NCBI GenBank assembly: GCA_019322895.1
Contig: JAHWHZ010000001.1
Location: 246,845-270,844, forward strand
DNA from: Candidatus Woesearchaeota archaeon
Lineage (GTDB): Archaea; Nanobdellota; Nanobdellia; Woesearchaeales; ARS49
Length of the DNA: 24,000 nucleotides
Direction: 5' to 3'
Positions 22,592 through 24,000 of the stretch are shown one piece after another (position 1 is the first letter of the stretch; each line of letters opens with the position of its first letter). The position numbers were made by a program, and so were the translations under genes. A model generated the notes under the pieces. It had not been told where the DNA came from and did not search any database. It saw only the letters and a program-made list of their open reading frames with translations.

Positions 22592-23447
22592 ACTTTAAGC
22601 GATATAATCTTTTTCGAAAAAGCATCGCCTCTTTCTTATCTTTAAACGAATAGGATAATTTATTATTTTTTAAAAATCGCAGGAGTTTATTGCAAAGAAA
22701 TTTTTTAGTAAAACCTTTATTTACCGCGCCTTTATCTGAAATTTTAACGTTGGTAATGGGGCCCATAGCAGCAATTTTTTGAACATCTTTAATTTTAGAA
22801 ATTTCAATGCCTTGAAATATGCTCCAATTACGTTTATCCTGTTTTATTCTTGCGGATAAACCTAAGGATAAACATAATCTTCTCATATCTGAAACTACAG
22901 ACGGGTTTGTTTCAGCAATGCGAAATTCTGCTTCAAATTGTACTTGGTAGTATTGATACGTTTTATTTTTCTTTTTGTCTTTTTTTGACTTTAACTTAAA
23001 TGTATAACAAAGACTGCCGCCAAAATCAAATAAAATCCTTAAAGCAAGTTGTTTTATAATAACTGATTCATCTAATAAAAAAGACAAGGTAGGTTGCGGA
23101 TTCTTGAGGTATTCGGATTTAGTCTGCAGTCCGGGGGTGGTTTTATAAGTGGGAGATAATGTCAATAACTCTTCTAGAGCATTTGCTGAATGCAATGTAG
23201 AAACAATAATTTTTTTATTGTCGCGCAAATAAACATAAAGCTTAGGTGTTTTATTAAATAAAGCCACACACAAATATTTAAACAGTAAATGCTGTTGTTT
23301 ATTTCCAACTGTTAACAAGCGGATATATCTCTTTTTTGTATCCATGTATCCTTCAGCCAGAACAATAACTGCAAGTAATTTTAATTTCTGTACACGGCTC
23401 AACTTACTAAACTGTTTTAACATCATATTAAACAGCATACTGCTCAC
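22575..23447 (-). CDS. Hypothetical protein with two degenerate LAGLIDADG-like motifs (free-standing homing-endonuclease-like); start uncertain
   Basis: LKLLAVIVLAEGYMD and LALRILFDFGGSL are spaced about 110 residues apart, as in double-motif LAGLIDADG proteins. The second motif lacks the acidic residue. The listed start is GTG; ATGs follow at 23438 and 23426. The gene is very A/T-rich and overlaps the dph5 3' end by 17 nt. Confidence 0.35.
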   Translation of the reverse strand: MSSMLFNMMLKQFSKLSRVQKLKLLAVIVLAEGYMDTKKRYIRLLTVGNKQQHLLFKYLCVALFNKTPKLYVYLRDNKKIIVSTLHSANALEELLTLSPTYKTTPGLQTKSEYLKNPQPTLSFLLDESVIIKQLALRILFDFGGSLCYTFKLKSKKDKKKNKTYQYYQVQFEAEFRIAETNPSVVSDMRRLCLSLGLSARIKQDKRNWSIFQGIEISKIKDVQKIAAMGPITNVKISDKGAVNKGFTKKFLCNKLLRFLKNNKLSYSFKDKKEAMLFRKRLYRLKFNRTD

Positions 23448-23536
23448 ACATATTTAAATTTTACGGCGGTTCGAAAATTTTCCGAAAAGCTTAAAAGATA
23501 CGGCCAGATTAGCCAATATTACGAGAATCAAGCAAC

Positions 23537-23642
23537 AGCCCTGTAGTGTAGTGGCCAATCATCGCGCACTTTGGATGCGTGGACGGCGGAAAAGACACAG
23601 ATTTGCTCTGTTCTTTGCCGATTTCGAATCCGCCCAGGGCTA
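23537..23642 (+). tRNA. tRNA-Gln (anticodon TTG) with a 33-nt non-canonical intron in the T-arm (23590-23622)
   Basis: Hand-folded. Acceptor AGCCCTG/CAGGGCT, anticodon arm GCGCA-CT-TTG-GA-TGCGT. The T-stem GGCGG (23585-23589) is separated from TTCGAAT-CCGCC (23623-23634) by the intron. A BHB can be drawn with central helix CGGC/GCCG flanked by 3-nt bulges GGA and ATT, then AAAG/CTTT. Confidence 0.75.
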
Positions 23643-23674
23643 TTGATTCTCTAATATAAAACTGATTAATAGTC

Positions 23675-23692
23675 TGAATCCGCCCGGGCTAT
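23675..23692 (+). repeat. Degenerate copy of the tRNA-Gln 3' end (GAATCCGCCCGGGCTA versus GAATCCGCCCAGGGCTA)
   Basis: The copy starts 34 nt downstream of the tRNA and differs from it by a single 1-nt deletion. It abuts the stop codon of the minus-strand partial ORF. Confidence 0.7.
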
Positions 23693-24000
23693 TTATTTTT
23701 CCAATTGACCGGTTATTCTTTTCAATTCTTTAATGCACTCAATCATATCATCATTGCAGACAGTGTATGAACACTCTGCCTGTTTTATCTGGTGTTCATA
23801 TTTAGAATCATAATAATCCTGCAGTAAAATCTTAGAGACTTCTTCATAATTTTTTTCATCCATTAATTTAAGCAGATCTTCAACAACTTTCTTGGTGAGG
23901 TACTGTTTTAGATAGACTATTATCTCTCTTATCTTGTCTTCTTCTCCATGTGTAAAATAATCTTTGACAATCTGTTTTGCTCTGTTTTCAATTGAACAAT
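23693..24000 (-). CDS. Partial CDS (C-terminal ~100 aa; 5' end outside the window), unknown function; weak resemblance to the C-terminal tail of tRNA 2-selenouridine synthase (SelU/MnmH)-like proteins
   Basis: This ORF is not in the supplied track because it has no start in the window. My own translation of the minus strand is open from 23998 to TAA at 23693-23695: ...IENRAKQIVKDYFTHGEEDKIREIIVYLKQYL...SKILLQDYYDSKYEHQIKQ...KRITGQLEK. The LLxxYYDxxY segment is the only basis for the family guess. Confidence 0.4.
   Translation of the reverse strand, partial: CSIENRAKQIVKDYFTHGEEDKIREIIVYLKQYLTKKVVEDLLKLMDEKNYEEVSKILLQDYYDSKYEHQIKQAECSYTVCNDDMIECIKELKRITGQLEK

Noticed and set aside
22605-22625. 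Palindromic TTTTTCGAAAAA near the 3' end of the LAGLIDADG-like ORF, as a possible second boundary matching the TTCGAAAA near 23470
   Set aside because: The shared string is short, A/T-rich and palindromic. It is too weak to define element ends.
1-24000. Checked whether the whole window could be bacterial or a mis-binned chimera, given sigma-70 and PlsX
   Set aside because: The sigma and PlsX genes are flanked on the same contiguous sequence by unmistakably archaeal genes: L44e, S27e, aIF2alpha, Nop10, GINS, Dph2/Dph5, ATP-dependent ligase and BHB-intron tRNAs. They share the local style of ribosome-binding sites and promoters. Chimerism still needs read-level checking, but nothing in the sequence suggests it.
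1-24000. Looked for CRISPR arrays, IS elements, transposases, integrases and rRNA genes
   Set aside because: I saw no regularly spaced direct repeats, no terminal inverted repeats flanking an ORF, and no integrase- or transposase-like translations. No rRNA-like conserved stretches were seen in either strand.

Overview
The window reads as a compact, A/T-leaning archaeal chromosome segment, and its gene content looks DPANN-like. About 31 protein genes are tightly packed, often with overlapping stops and starts. GAGGTGA/GGTGAT Shine-Dalgarno motifs or TATA-like boxes about 22-28 nt upstream suggest the true starts. There are 4 tRNA genes, and 3 of them carry introns.

The housekeeping core is unambiguously archaeal. 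It includes the class II RNR C-terminus plus a corrinoid adenosyltransferase, a GINS subunit, and the conserved string L44e-S27e-aIF2alpha-Nop10-PAC2. It also includes enolase, PRPP synthetase, ATP-dependent DNA ligase, FtsZ and diphthine synthase.

Several things do not fit that background:
1. A full-length bacterial-type primary sigma-70 (regions 1.1 to 4.2) lies next to a tRNA-Arg whose 3' end is duplicated.
2. Four small membrane-anchored cysteine-patterned proteins sit in tandem with a polytopic membrane protein, starting exactly where a Dph2 gene is cut off after 84 codons.
3. A Hel308/Ski2-type helicase ORF lacks its first RecA (DEAD/DExH) domain but has its own promoter-like signal.
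4. A bacterial-type PlsX-like gene is boxed in by two intron-containing tRNA genes.
5. The tRNA-Gln has a T-arm intron with a hand-drawable bulge-helix-bulge and is flanked by tRNA-derived fragments.
6. Four TTGGCG boxes lie upstream of ftsZ.
7. A degenerate double-LAGLIDADG-like ORF sits in an A/T-rich patch.

No CRISPR array, IS element, integrase or rRNA was seen. All functional calls come from reading the translations and DNA by eye. No database search was run.
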